A stretch of DNA of 46,785 bases. It comes from Flavobacteriales bacterium (GTDB lineage Bacteria > Bacteroidota > Bacteroidia > Flavobacteriales_F > PHOS-HE28). Positions 1-9,145 of this stretch are shown piece by piece. How positions within the stretch are numbered: the stretch's first letter is position 1; each line of letters starts with the position of its first letter. The notes under the pieces are model-generated. The model was not told the origin of the DNA and did not search any database. It saw only the letters and a program-made list of their open reading frames with translations. A program made the position numbers and the translations under genes. The stretch lies in NCBI GenBank assembly GCA_046596155.1, contig JBKJNF010000251.1, forward strand, positions 1 to 46,785, in the 5' to 3' direction.

Positions 1-215
1 AGGACATGCTGGAACTGAGCAAGGGACGCCTTCGGCTGAAGCCGGAACAACAGCTGGCTAATACGGATGCACTGCTGAATACCCAACGCCAAGGTCCACG
101 GAACGAGATCGATCTACGCAAGCAACGCTATGGCGACCAGGGCGGTGGCAACAGCGGCGGTGGTGGTGGTGGCGGTAAGAAGCGGCACCGTAACCGGAAG
201 AAGAAGCGGTATTAG
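1..215 (+). CDS. 3' end of a CDS that starts left of the window. It has a Gly-run plus a Lys/Arg-rich C-terminal tail and is possibly the DUF4290-type protein often found next to murA in Bacteroidota.
   Basis: The frame is open from the window edge to TAG at 213-215. The tail reads ...GDQGGGNSGGGGGGGKKRHRNRKKKRY. The family guess rests only on remembered C-terminal architecture and the murA neighbourhood. Confidence 0.4.
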   Translation, partial: DMLELSKGRLRLKPEQQLANTDALLNTQRQGPRNEIDLRKQRYGDQGGGNSGGGGGGGKKRHRNRKKKRY

Positions 216-410
216 AGCAGGCGCAGTGGCAGTGGCAGGCCGCAGGTCCCGGAGAAGTCGGGAGGCTACAAGTAGCAGGCAGTAAGTAGTGGGCAGGCCG
301 CAGGTACCTGTTAGGCGATGGCGTTGCATCGCATTCAGATGACATCGCATTGTTGACAGCCTTTCGGCCAAGCAAGGTGCAGGGTTGTTTTCGCGCTATT
401 GCTTCGCGGC

Positions 411-1718
411 ATGGGAAGTTTTCGCATTGAAGGAGGGCGCCGGTTGAAGGGCGAGCTGATCCCGCAAGGGGCCAAGAACGAGGCGCTGCAGATCCTCTGC
501 GCCGTGCTGCTCACAGCCGAACCGGTGACGATCCACAACGTGCCCGACATCGTGGACGTGAACAAGCTGATCGAGTTGTTGCGCATGATGGGCGTGCAAG
601 TGGAGAAGCTCGATACGGGCTCGTTCCGTTTCACCGCCAAGACCGTGAACCTGGAGTTCTTCCTGGATCCTGAGTTCAAAAAACTGGGTGGCGGACTGCG
701 TGGCAGCGTGATGGTCGTGGGGCCTTCCCTCGCCCGCTTCGGCCGTGGCTACATCCCCAATCCTGGGGGCGACAAGATCGGTCGACGCCGGTTGGACACG
801 CACTTCATCGGCTTCGAAAAGCTCGGTGCCGAGTTCAAGTATGATGTGAAGGAAGGCTTCTATCGTGCCGAGGCGAAGCAGCTGAAAGGCGCGTATATGT
901 TGCTGGATGAAGCCTCCGTCACCGGTACCGCCAACATCATCATGGCCGCTGTTCTGGCCGAGGGGCGCACCACCCTCTTCAATGCAGCGTGCGAGCCGTA
1001 TATCCAGCAGTTGTGTAACATGCTGGTGCGCATGGGCGCGAAGATCACCGGTATCGGAAGCAACCTCGTCCACATCGATGGTGTGAAGGAACTCGGTGGC
1101 ACTGAACACCGCATGCTGCCGGACATGATCGAGATCGGCTCGTTCATCGGCCTCGCGGCCATGACACGCAGCGAGATCACCATCAAGGACACCGGCTACG
1201 ATCACTTGGGCGTGATACCCGAGGTGTTCCGCAAACTCGGTATCGCCGTGGTACGCAATGGCGACGACATCCACATCCCCGCGCAGGAGCATTACACCAT
1301 CACCAAGTTCATCGACGGCAGCAACATGGTGGTCTCCGATGCACCGTGGCCGGGATTCACCCCCGACCTGCTGAGCATTGTGCTGGTGACCGCGATCCAG
1401 GCCAAGGGCAGTCTGTTGATCCATCAGAAGATGTTCGAGAGCCGTCTATTCTTTGTGGACAAGCTGATCGAAATGGGTGCGCAGATCACGCTATGCGATC
1501 CGCATCGCGCGCTGGTGATCGGCAACGATTTCCAAAACTCTCTGCGCGCGATCCGCATGACCAGCCCGGACATCCGCGCCGGTGTGTCGCTGCTGATCGC
1601 CGCACTTGGCGCAGATGGCACCAGCACCATCGATAATATCGAACAGATCCACCGTGGATATCAGAACATCGACACCCGTTTGAACGCCATCGGCGCTCGG
1701 ATCGAGCGGATCGATTGA
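411..1718 (+). CDS. murA: UDP-N-acetylglucosamine 1-carboxyvinyltransferase
   Basis: MGSFRIEGGRRLKGELIPQGAKNEALQILCAVLL... is a typical MurA N-terminus and the length is about 435 aa. The ORF track start at 399 is TTG; the ATG at 411 is preferred. Confidence 0.95.
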   Translation: MGSFRIEGGRRLKGELIPQGAKNEALQILCAVLLTAEPVTIHNVPDIVDVNKLIELLRMMGVQVEKLDTGSFRFTAKTVNLEFFLDPEFKKLGGGLRGSVMVVGPSLARFGRGYIPNPGGDKIGRRRLDTHFIGFEKLGAEFKYDVKEGFYRAEAKQLKGAYMLLDEASVTGTANIIMAAVLAEGRTTLFNAACEPYIQQLCNMLVRMGAKITGIGSNLVHIDGVKELGGTEHRMLPDMIEIGSFIGLAAMTRSEITIKDTGYDHLGVIPEVFRKLGIAVVRNGDDIHIPAQEHYTITKFIDGSNMVVSDAPWPGFTPDLLSIVLVTAIQAKGSLLIHQKMFESRLFFVDKLIEMGAQITLCDPHRALVIGNDFQNSLRAIRMTSPDIRAGVSLLIAALGADGTSTIDNIEQIHRGYQNIDTRLNAIGARIERID

Positions 1719-1759
1719 GGCGATCTCGCCCTCTTGACCGGGTTCATTACATTCGATCC

Positions 1760-2404
1760 ATGATCTTCAGCAAACTGCTGCCAATCGCCTGTGCGGCCCT
1801 TCCCTTATTCTGCTTCGCGCAGGACCGTGTCACCAATGTGAAGGTGGGCGATCTAGCGCCAGAGGTCGTGATGAGCTCTCCGGATGGTGAGGTGCTGCGG
1901 CTCTCCCAACTGAAAGGCAAAGTGATCCTGCTGGATTTCTGGGCCAGTTGGTGCCGTCCCTGCCGCATGGATAATCCGCATGTGCGGCACGTGTATCAAG
2001 CATTCAAGGACCAACTCTTCACGAACGGTGATGGCTTCGCCGTGTTCAGCGTCAGCCTCGACAGACAAGGTGGTGCGGATGCATGGAAAGGCGCTATTGC
2101 CAAGGACAGTCTGGACTGGAAGTGGCATGTGGGCGCGGTGGTCGATGGCGACAACACCGCAGCCAATGAATATGGGGTGAAGTTCATTCCAACGAACGTG
2201 GTGATCGACGGCACCGGCAAGATCATCGCCATGGACGTCCACGGTCCGGAGCTGGACGAGCTCTTGGAAGGCTTGTTGGAGAAGGACCCGGCCAAGCTGA
2301 AGGCGAAGGGTACCGGAACAACGGCGAAGAGCAAGGCTGAAAAAGCGCGCGAAAAAACTGAGGCCAAAGCTCGGAAGCGCGCCGAACGGAACGCAGGCAA
2401 GTAG
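1760..2404 (+). CDS. TlpA-like thioredoxin-fold thiol-disulfide oxidoreductase with signal peptide and Lys-rich C-terminal tail
   Basis: The ATG at 1760 gives MIFSKLLPIACAALPLFCFAQ, a signal peptide. The LLDFWASWCRPC redox motif is present. The upstream TTG at 1715 overlaps the murA stop and is less likely. Confidence 0.85.
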   Translation: MIFSKLLPIACAALPLFCFAQDRVTNVKVGDLAPEVVMSSPDGEVLRLSQLKGKVILLDFWASWCRPCRMDNPHVRHVYQAFKDQLFTNGDGFAVFSVSLDRQGGADAWKGAIAKDSLDWKWHVGAVVDGDNTAANEYGVKFIPTNVVIDGTGKIIAMDVHGPELDELLEGLLEKDPAKLKAKGTGTTAKSKAEKAREKTEAKARKRAERNAGK

Positions 2405-2496
2405 CTCCGATCCAACCAGGATCCCTTCCGGCACGATGATTGACTTGGGTGGGCACACAGCTTCCCGCTACATTCGCAACCATAGCACCCTAACGC

Positions 2497-3036
2497 ATGA
2501 AAGTCTTCGCCAGCATCCTCGCCCTCAGCGTCCTCGGCCTTATGGCGACTCCGGTCCATGCTCAAAAACCAGCGGCTCCGAAAGTGGGCACCAACATTGG
2601 TGATCGTGCTCCGGATCTGGCCTTTCCCAGCCCAGACGGCAAGGCGTTAAAGCTTGCTGACCTGCGCGGCAAGTATGTGCTCATCGACTTCTGGGCCAGC
2701 TGGTGCGGTCCCTGCCGGATGGAGAATCCCAACGTGGTGAAAGCCTATGAAAAGTACACGAAGGCCAAATTCAAGACGGGCAAAGGGTTCGATGTGTTCA
2801 GTGTAAGCTTGGATAAGACCGCCGAGCCGTGGAAGGCCGCCATCGCGAAGGATAAACTCGCGTGGCCTAATCACGTGAGCGACCTTGCAGGCTGGGATTC
2901 AAAGGCTGCCGGGCTCTACGGTATCCACTCCATTCCCGCCAGCTTCCTGGTGGACCCAGACGGCATCATCGTGGCCAAGAACCTCCGCGGTCCCGCGCTG
3001 GACATGGAGTTGGACAAGTATGTAAAGAGCTTTTGA
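2497..3036 (+). CDS. TlpA/AhpC-TSA family thiol-disulfide oxidoreductase (secreted)
   Basis: Signal peptide MKVFASILALSVLGLMATPVHAQ. LIDFWASWCGPC motif. About 179 aa. Confidence 0.9.
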   Translation: MKVFASILALSVLGLMATPVHAQKPAAPKVGTNIGDRAPDLAFPSPDGKALKLADLRGKYVLIDFWASWCGPCRMENPNVVKAYEKYTKAKFKTGKGFDVFSVSLDKTAEPWKAAIAKDKLAWPNHVSDLAGWDSKAAGLYGIHSIPASFLVDPDGIIVAKNLRGPALDMELDKYVKSF

Positions 3037-3075
3037 TCATCGTTGCTCATCTCCCAGTAAGCACATGCGTGCTGG

Positions 3076-3106
3076 AAAGGCCTCCGTTCACGCGGAGGCC
3101 TTTTCG
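3076..3106 (+). terminator. Rho-independent terminator after the second TlpA-like gene
   Basis: GGCCTCCG (3079-3086) pairs with CGGAGGCC (3093-3100), flanked by AAA and TTTT. Confidence 0.7.
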
Positions 3107-3420
3107 TTGAAAGCTAGCGCACCTTCCTCATGGCCGGTTGTTCGTGAACCTTGCCATTTGCCAGTCACTTTCAGCATCCCAGCGCACGTCCAGTGATCTC
3201 ATTTCCGCATTTGGGGATCATCAGATGCCTATGAACCTTCCGTCACGTAAAGGAACTTCGGTGCCGTGCGGAGAGAACCGGTCTTGAAGCTGCTGAAGCT
3301 CCGTGGTGCCCTTCCGCCGGACCACTGAATACGAGCACTTTTTTCTGCCATTCTGTCCCGGAGCGCGTCGTGGCATTTTCATTGACCTTTGCGGCCGTGT
3401 TCGGAAAGAAGAAAAAAACC

Positions 3421-4014
3421 ATGCCCGATATGCCTGAGAACTCAACTGGCGCTGCAGCCAGCTGGCCCGCGTCTGCCAATGCGGCGGAAAGTGAGGAGAT
3501 GCTCCGTGCGAATGAGGCCGCGGCCGAGCATTCTGCGGCGGACCCTGATAATGCCCTCGTGCAGGAGCTGGATAAGTTGAAGCAGGAGAACTCCAGCCTC
3601 AACGACAAGCACCTTCGCCTGCTGGCCGAGTTCGACAACTTCCGCAAGCGCAACGCCAAGGAGCGGGTGGAACTGTTGCAGTTCGCCAGCGAGAACGCGC
3701 TGAAGAACATCCTTCCGGTGCTCGATGACATGGAACGCGCCATCCGCAACAACGAGCAGGTCGATGACCTCGTTACAGTGAAACAAGGCTTCTCCCTGAT
3801 CCACCAGAAACTGTTGCACATCTTCGGCTCGCAGGGCGTGAAGCCAATGGCCGACCTAATGGGCCAGCCGCTGGACGTGGACCGGCACGAGGCCATCACG
3901 AAGGCTCCTGCTCTCACGCCGGATCTACAAGGCAAGGTGATCGATGTGCTAGAGAACGGCTACACGCTGAACGATAAAGTGATCCGCTACGCCAAGGTTG
4001 TAGTGGGCGAATAG
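3421..4014 (+). CDS. grpE: Nucleotide exchange factor GrpE
   Basis: LRLLAEFDNFRKRNAKERVELLQFASENALKNILPVLDDMERAI is the GrpE core. The ATG at 3421 follows an A-rich stretch. The track start at 3370 is GTG. Confidence 0.93.
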   Translation: MPDMPENSTGAAASWPASANAAESEEMLRANEAAAEHSAADPDNALVQELDKLKQENSSLNDKHLRLLAEFDNFRKRNAKERVELLQFASENALKNILPVLDDMERAIRNNEQVDDLVTVKQGFSLIHQKLLHIFGSQGVKPMADLMGQPLDVDRHEAITKAPALTPDLQGKVIDVLENGYTLNDKVIRYAKVVVGE

Positions 4015-4037
4015 GCTTCCACCCCGCTGACGAACAG

Positions 4038-5168
4038 ATGAGCAAGCGCGATCCATACGACGTATTGGGCGTGGGCCGCAACGCCACCGCCGACGAGATC
4101 AAGAAGGCCTATCGCCAGATGGCCATCAAGTTCCATCCGGATAAGAACGCGGGGGACAAGGCCGCGGAGGAGCGCTTCAAGGAGGCCGCTTCGGCCTATG
4201 AGATCCTGAGCGACCCGGAGAAGAAAGCCCGCTACGACCGCTTCGGCCACGCCGGTCAAGGCATGGGCGGTGGTGGCGGCTTCCAAGGAGGGGGTATGAA
4301 CATGGAGGACATCTTCTCCCAGTTCGGCGACATCTTCGGCGATTCCTTTAGTGGTGGTGGCTTCGGCGGCGGCTTTGGTGGTCGCGGCCGCGGTCAACGT
4401 GTGGTGAAAGGCAGCAACCTGCGGGTGCGTCTGAAACTGAGCCTGAAGGAAGTGGCCGAAGGCGCGGAAAAGCAGCTGAAGCTGACGAAGTTGGTGCGTG
4501 CCAAGGGCAGCGAGTACGGCCAGTGCCGCACCTGCAAAGGCAATGGCCAGGTGACGCGGGTGCAAAGCACCTTCATCGGACACATGCAGACGGTGAGCAC
4601 CTGCCCCACTTGCGGTGGCATGGGCCAGACAGTGAGCAAACGCGCGCCTGGTAGCGATGAGAACGGACTGGTGCGCGAGGAGCAAGTGGTGAGCGTACGC
4701 ATTCCGGCCGGTGTGGAGGAAGGCATGCAGCTCAACATCAGTGGCATGGGTAACGATGCGCCCGCGGGCGGTGTGCCCGGCGACCTGTTGGTGGTGATCG
4801 AGGAGGAAAAGCACCCTGACCTAAAACGCGATGGACAGGACCTGCACTACGAGGCCTTTATCAGCATGGTGGATGCCGCGTTAGGCACCAGCGTGGAGAT
4901 CCCCTTAGTGAACAGTAAGGCCAAGGTGAAGATCGAACCTGGCACCCAGAGCAACCATACCCTGCGCCTGCGTGGGAAAGGGCTGCCCAGCGTGAACAGC
5001 CATGGACACGGCGATGTGCTGGTCCATGTCATGGTGTGGACGCCCACGGAACTGAGCAAGACCGAGCGCGAGGCGTTGGAAAAGCTGCGCAACAGTCCCG
5101 GCTTCCAGCCCAATCCCACGGCCAAGGACCGCGGCTTCTTCGAGCGCGTGAAGGAGATGTTCGGGTAA
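4038..5168 (+). CDS. dnaJ: Molecular chaperone DnaJ
   Basis: J domain (DPYDVLGV...KKAYRQMAIKFHPDKN), G/F-rich linker and CxxCxGxG zinc-finger repeats (CRTCKGNG, CPTCGGMG). Confidence 0.97.
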   Translation: MSKRDPYDVLGVGRNATADEIKKAYRQMAIKFHPDKNAGDKAAEERFKEAASAYEILSDPEKKARYDRFGHAGQGMGGGGGFQGGGMNMEDIFSQFGDIFGDSFSGGGFGGGFGGRGRGQRVVKGSNLRVRLKLSLKEVAEGAEKQLKLTKLVRAKGSEYGQCRTCKGNGQVTRVQSTFIGHMQTVSTCPTCGGMGQTVSKRAPGSDENGLVREEQVVSVRIPAGVEEGMQLNISGMGNDAPAGGVPGDLLVVIEEEKHPDLKRDGQDLHYEAFISMVDAALGTSVEIPLVNSKAKVKIEPGTQSNHTLRLRGKGLPSVNSHGHGDVLVHVMVWTPTELSKTEREALEKLRNSPGFQPNPTAKDRGFFERVKEMFG

Positions 5169-5305
5169 TACCCGGAACAACGTATTGCGTCCGCAGCTGT
5201 AGCGTCCAGGTGATAACACGGTGCCTAAAAGCGCCGGGCATACAGCCCCTGCGCCGTTCATTGAGCATTGACCTGGACCGAAGCGCTGGCCCATAGTTTC
5301 GGACC

Positions 5306-5911
5306 ATGCGCATCCTCCTCCCCACTCTGCTCCTGCTGCTCGCGTGCACCAACAGGCCCACCCTTGATCCCGGACCCGCGCCCCAGACACCCGCGATCTT
5401 CGAAGAGAAAGGTGATGTGCTGGATGCCATGAAATCCTCGCGCGGCAAGTATAACAGCGATGTGGTGGGATCCATGTTCGCGGAGGAGTTGGAACGCGAC
5501 ACCGCGCTTGCCCACCTGCTTCAGCGTATTGAGCGTGCCCGTTCGGTTTTCCCCGATAGCAGTGACGCATTCCTGCGGTTCGATGGGCACAACGGTGCCT
5601 TCTACGCCTCGGCCGAAGGACATGTAGCCAGCCTGGCCGACAGCACCGATCGCCGCGCATGGACGGAACTGCTGAAGGAGAGTCGCACGCGCTACGACCT
5701 GCGGGTTCAAGCACAACGCGACCACCTCACCACATTCCATGCGCTCGAGCAGGAAACCGGTCAACTACAGAAGGTAGTGATGCTGGACCGTACGCTCCGG
5801 ACCATGGAAGCGTATCAGGCCGCGGCGATGCCTTCGGAAGCCCAGCTAATCGAGAGCGTCAAGGAGCTCCGCGTGTTGCGCGATCGGTTGCGTAGCGAAT
5901 TGCCTAAGTGA
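5306..5911 (+). CDS. Hypothetical helical lipoprotein
   Basis: MRILLPTLLLLLACTN carries a lipobox-like LLAC. The rest is Arg/Glu/Leu-rich and no domain is recognised. Confidence 0.6.
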   Translation: MRILLPTLLLLLACTNRPTLDPGPAPQTPAIFEEKGDVLDAMKSSRGKYNSDVVGSMFAEELERDTALAHLLQRIERARSVFPDSSDAFLRFDGHNGAFYASAEGHVASLADSTDRRAWTELLKESRTRYDLRVQAQRDHLTTFHALEQETGQLQKVVMLDRTLRTMEAYQAAAMPSEAQLIESVKELRVLRDRLRSELPK

Positions 5912-5949
5912 TGAGCCCTCGGTAAGAGATCAACGCAGGGAGCGTTCGC

Positions 5950-6618
5950 TCACTTCCTCTTGCGAACGATGGCCGGCTTGCCGGGCTTCCCGTTACTTTC
6001 CGCAGGGAAGAGGCCATGGACCTCGGCATCGATCGCATTGATGATGATACCTAGGTCCTCGGCGCTTTTGTGGAAGCGGTTGTCATCCACATCCACGATG
6101 AGCAGCTTGCCTTTGTCGTAGGTACTGACCCAGGCCTCGTAGCGCTCGTTCAGGCGCTTGAGATAATCGATGCTGATGCTTGTTTCATAATCGCGCCCAC
6201 GCTCGGCGATCTGGCTCACCAGGTTCTCCGTACTGGCGCGCAAGTAGATCATCAGATCGGGCGGCGTGATGGCGCTGTCCATGTTCTGGAACAGGCGGAA
6301 GTAGTTCTCGAAATCACGCGTGGTCATCAGGCCCATGGCATGGAGGTTGGGCGCGAAGATGTACGCGTCCTCATAGATCGTGCGGTCCTGGATCACATTG
6401 CGACCACTGCGGTGGATCTCCAGCAGCTGCTCGAACCGGCTGTTCAGAAAGAAGATCTGGAGGTTGAAGCTCCAGCGCTGCATGTCCTTGTAGAAGTCGA
6501 ACAGGTAGGGGTTGTTGTCCACTGCCTCCTGCAGCTGGTCCCACTTGTAGTGCTTGGCGAGGAGCTGTGTAAGGGTGGTTTTACCTGCTCCGATGTTGCC
6601 TGCGATCGAAATGTGCAT
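5950..6618 (-). CDS. Deoxynucleoside kinase
   Basis: MHISIAGNIGAGKTTL P-loop, followed by NPYLFDFYKDMQRWSFNLQIFFLNSRF, typical of the dNK/dCK/dGK family. Confidence 0.9.
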   Translation of the reverse strand: MHISIAGNIGAGKTTLTQLLAKHYKWDQLQEAVDNNPYLFDFYKDMQRWSFNLQIFFLNSRFEQLLEIHRSGRNVIQDRTIYEDAYIFAPNLHAMGLMTTRDFENYFRLFQNMDSAITPPDLMIYLRASTENLVSQIAERGRDYETSISIDYLKRLNERYEAWVSTYDKGKLLIVDVDDNRFHKSAEDLGIIINAIDAEVHGLFPAESNGKPGKPAIVRKRK

Positions 6619-6725
6619 GATGTGATAGGTGCCCGTTGACGGGTCGCGAAATTATTCGCCACGGCGAACGATGTGCGGTATGTGGATAAGTAGAATGTGC
6701 GGTGACGCGCCGGGACAAGTCGCGT

Positions 6726-7538
6726 CTAACGCGGCATCGTTGGCGCACCGCTCTCAATGCGTTCAGCGTATTGCACAAAGAGCCTGCCAGCGTCGATGCG
6801 CGCATCGATCGGCTGTGCGTCCTTATTCCCGATCAACCACGTAATGGGCAGCTCGATCTCCTGCTTCATCATGTTGTAGCTGTGCAGCACACCATCTTTG
6901 ACGTACAGTATGAAGCCATCGCGCACTTGGATCGTGTGTACACCGATGATGGGGATCGTCTTCGCGTACCCGCCGAACAGATCGAACACGAGCACGCCCT
7001 CTTCGGGATCGCATACGTACAACCAGCTGTCGAACTCCTGCATGGATGCCGGACGCGCCATGAAGCCGAGCAGCTGATCGAGTCGGCCGGTGGTGGCGAG
7101 GGGACGGAGCTGTGCATCCACGCGCGTCAGCTGCATCAGTCGTTCATCAAAGAACCAAAGGGCGTTCTGCACGCTCATGCACGCCAACGTCACCTGCGGG
7201 AATCCGGCGCGGTTCAGATCGATCGGTGCGCCCTGGATGGCCAGCGTGTTGTCCAGCAACGCCAGCATACCCTGTGGCGCGGAGAAGATCATCGGCTTCA
7301 GTGAAGAGAAGGCATCAATGGTGGTGATCGTGCCGAAGTTCTTCAGGCTGTTGTGCACAAGCATTTTGCCAGCGGCATTGTAAAGCCGCAGCTCATCCCC
7401 CTTTAACGCATAAACATGGCCGAGTTCATCCGTGGTGCACAGATCATACGCGCCCTTGATCACTACATGCTGCGATGGTTCCTGTGCACAGAGTGCCAGT
7501 GCTTGAGCCAAGAGGAGGAAGGCGAGGAGGCGCATCAT
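6726..7538 (-). CDS. Hypothetical secreted protein, translationally coupled to the upstream GH3-like gene
   Basis: The ATG at 7538 gives MMRLLAFLLLAQALALCAQE, a signal peptide. This ATG overlaps the TGA of the 7535..9046 gene (ATGA). The long ORF extension to 7802 is Arg-rich shadow sequence. Confidence 0.6.
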   Translation of the reverse strand: MMRLLAFLLLAQALALCAQEPSQHVVIKGAYDLCTTDELGHVYALKGDELRLYNAAGKMLVHNSLKNFGTITTIDAFSSLKPMIFSAPQGMLALLDNTLAIQGAPIDLNRAGFPQVTLACMSVQNALWFFDERLMQLTRVDAQLRPLATTGRLDQLLGFMARPASMQEFDSWLYVCDPEEGVLVFDLFGGYAKTIPIIGVHTIQVRDGFILYVKDGVLHSYNMMKQEIELPITWLIGNKDAQPIDARIDAGRLFVQYAERIESGAPTMPR

Positions 7539-9046
7539 GCGTGTACCGGCTGCAACAACTGGTCCAACCACGTGCGTTCGTTGCACAAGCGCGGCACCTT
7601 GTTCTGTCCACCCAGCTTGCCGCGCTCCTTCATCCATTGGTAGAAGGTGCCATCGGCCACAGGGTGCACACGCGGGGGTTGCAGGGCCATGTTGCCGCGT
7701 CGCTTCGCATCGTAGTCGCTGTTGAGCTCGCGCATGCGACGATCCAGCACCTCGTTGAACGTGTGCTGATCGGATGGCAGGCGTTCGAACTCGATCACCC
7801 ATTCATGCCCTCCAGGCGCGTGAACGTCCATGTAGATCGGACCGGCGGTGTATTCGCGCACAACGGCGCCCGTTGCGGCACAGGCCGCTTCGATACCCCG
7901 GTCCGCGTTCTCCACGATCAGCTCTTCACCGAAGGCATTGATGAAGCTCTTCGTTCGTCCGCTCACCTGTATCCGGTAGGGCCTCACACTGCTGAAACGC
8001 ACGGTGTCGCCCGGCACGTAGCGCCAGAGACCGGCGTTGGTGCTGATGACGATGGCATACTGCTTCCCCACTTCCACTTCGTGCAGCAGCTTTGTGGGCG
8101 GCTGCTCACGGTCCAATTCCTCCACGGGGATGAACTCGAAGTAGATGCCGTAGTCCAGCATCAGCAGTAGGTCATTGGATCCGCGCTCATCGGTGATGCC
8201 GAAGAAGCCTTCGCTGGCGTTGTAGCTCTCGAGGTAGTTCATGCCGGGCGCCGGGAACAGCTCGGCGAACTGCTCGCGGTACGGACGGAAACTCACGCCG
8301 CCGTGCATGAAGAGCTCGAGGTTCGGCCACACTTCGTGCAAGTGCTTTTTGCCCGTGAGCTCCAGGATGCGCCGTAGGATGATCAAGGTCCATGATGGAA
8401 CGCCGGCGATGCTTCGCACGTCCTCGCGCATGGTCTCGCGCGCCATGCGCTCGGTTTTCTCTTCCCAGTTCTCCATCAGCGCCGTTTCGATCACCGGCGT
8501 GCGGCGCACTTCCACCCAGATGGGCAGGTTGCGGATGATGATGGCGCTGAGGTCGCCACTATAGGCATCTCCGCGGAAGGTCTCAATGGTGCTGCTGCCG
8601 CCGATCACCATGTTCATACCCTGGTACAACCGACTGTCCGGCCGGTGGGCGTAATGCAGCGCGATGAGGTCCTTGCCACCTTTGTAGTGACAATCCTCCA
8701 AGGCTTCGCGGCTAACAGGGATGAACTTACTGGTGGCGTTCGTGGTGCCGCTGCTTTTAGCGAACCATTTGATGTCCGTAGGCCAAAGCAGGTTCTGTTC
8801 GCCTGCGCGCAAGCGGTCCACATAAGGCTTCAGGCTGGTGTAGTCCTGCAAGGGCACCCGCTCGCGGAATTGGTCGGGCGTGGTGATGTCAGCATACTCA
8901 TGCTCGTGTCCCCATTCGGTGTAGCGCGCATGGTTGATGAGTCGATGGAACACTTCCAGCTGTGCCTCATGGGGGTGCTCGCGGAACAGCTCGATCTGCT
9001 GCAGCCGCTTTTTGATAAGGAAGGAGAAGAGGGCGTTGACGGGCAT
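7535..9046 (-). CDS. GH3 auxin-responsive-promoter family protein (ANL-type adenylate-forming enzyme homologue)
   Basis: The N-terminus LFSFLIKKRLQQIELF...QFRERVPLQDYTSLKPYVDR...WFAKSSGTT and the ~500 aa length are typical of bacterial GH3 homologues. Confidence 0.85.
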   Translation of the reverse strand: MPVNALFSFLIKKRLQQIELFREHPHEAQLEVFHRLINHARYTEWGHEHEYADITTPDQFRERVPLQDYTSLKPYVDRLRAGEQNLLWPTDIKWFAKSSGTTNATSKFIPVSREALEDCHYKGGKDLIALHYAHRPDSRLYQGMNMVIGGSSTIETFRGDAYSGDLSAIIIRNLPIWVEVRRTPVIETALMENWEEKTERMARETMREDVRSIAGVPSWTLIILRRILELTGKKHLHEVWPNLELFMHGGVSFRPYREQFAELFPAPGMNYLESYNASEGFFGITDERGSNDLLLMLDYGIYFEFIPVEELDREQPPTKLLHEVEVGKQYAIVISTNAGLWRYVPGDTVRFSSVRPYRIQVSGRTKSFINAFGEELIVENADRGIEAACAATGAVVREYTAGPIYMDVHAPGGHEWVIEFERLPSDQHTFNEVLDRRMRELNSDYDAKRRGNMALQPPRVHPVADGTFYQWMKERGKLGGQNKVPRLCNERTWLDQLLQPVHA

Positions 9047-9145
9047 CTGGGGAGGGCGTGCTCGGCGAATATCGCGTCTACCTTCGCCAAGTTAGCGCAT
9101 GCGCCCTCAACGAAGGTCAACATTCCGTTTGCACATACCGGTACC

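Noticed and set aside
3107-3420. An unusually long (~310 bp) leader/promoter region before grpE-dnaJ. I looked for a CIRCE element (TTAGCACTC-N9-GAGTGCTAA) and for a sigma-32 type promoter, since CTTGAA is present at 3283-3288.
   Set aside because: There is no CIRCE-like inverted repeat. The CCC-rich element after CTTGAA is about 20 nt away, outside the usual 13-17 nt spacing, and is a poor match to CCCCATnT. No supportable regulatory call can be made.
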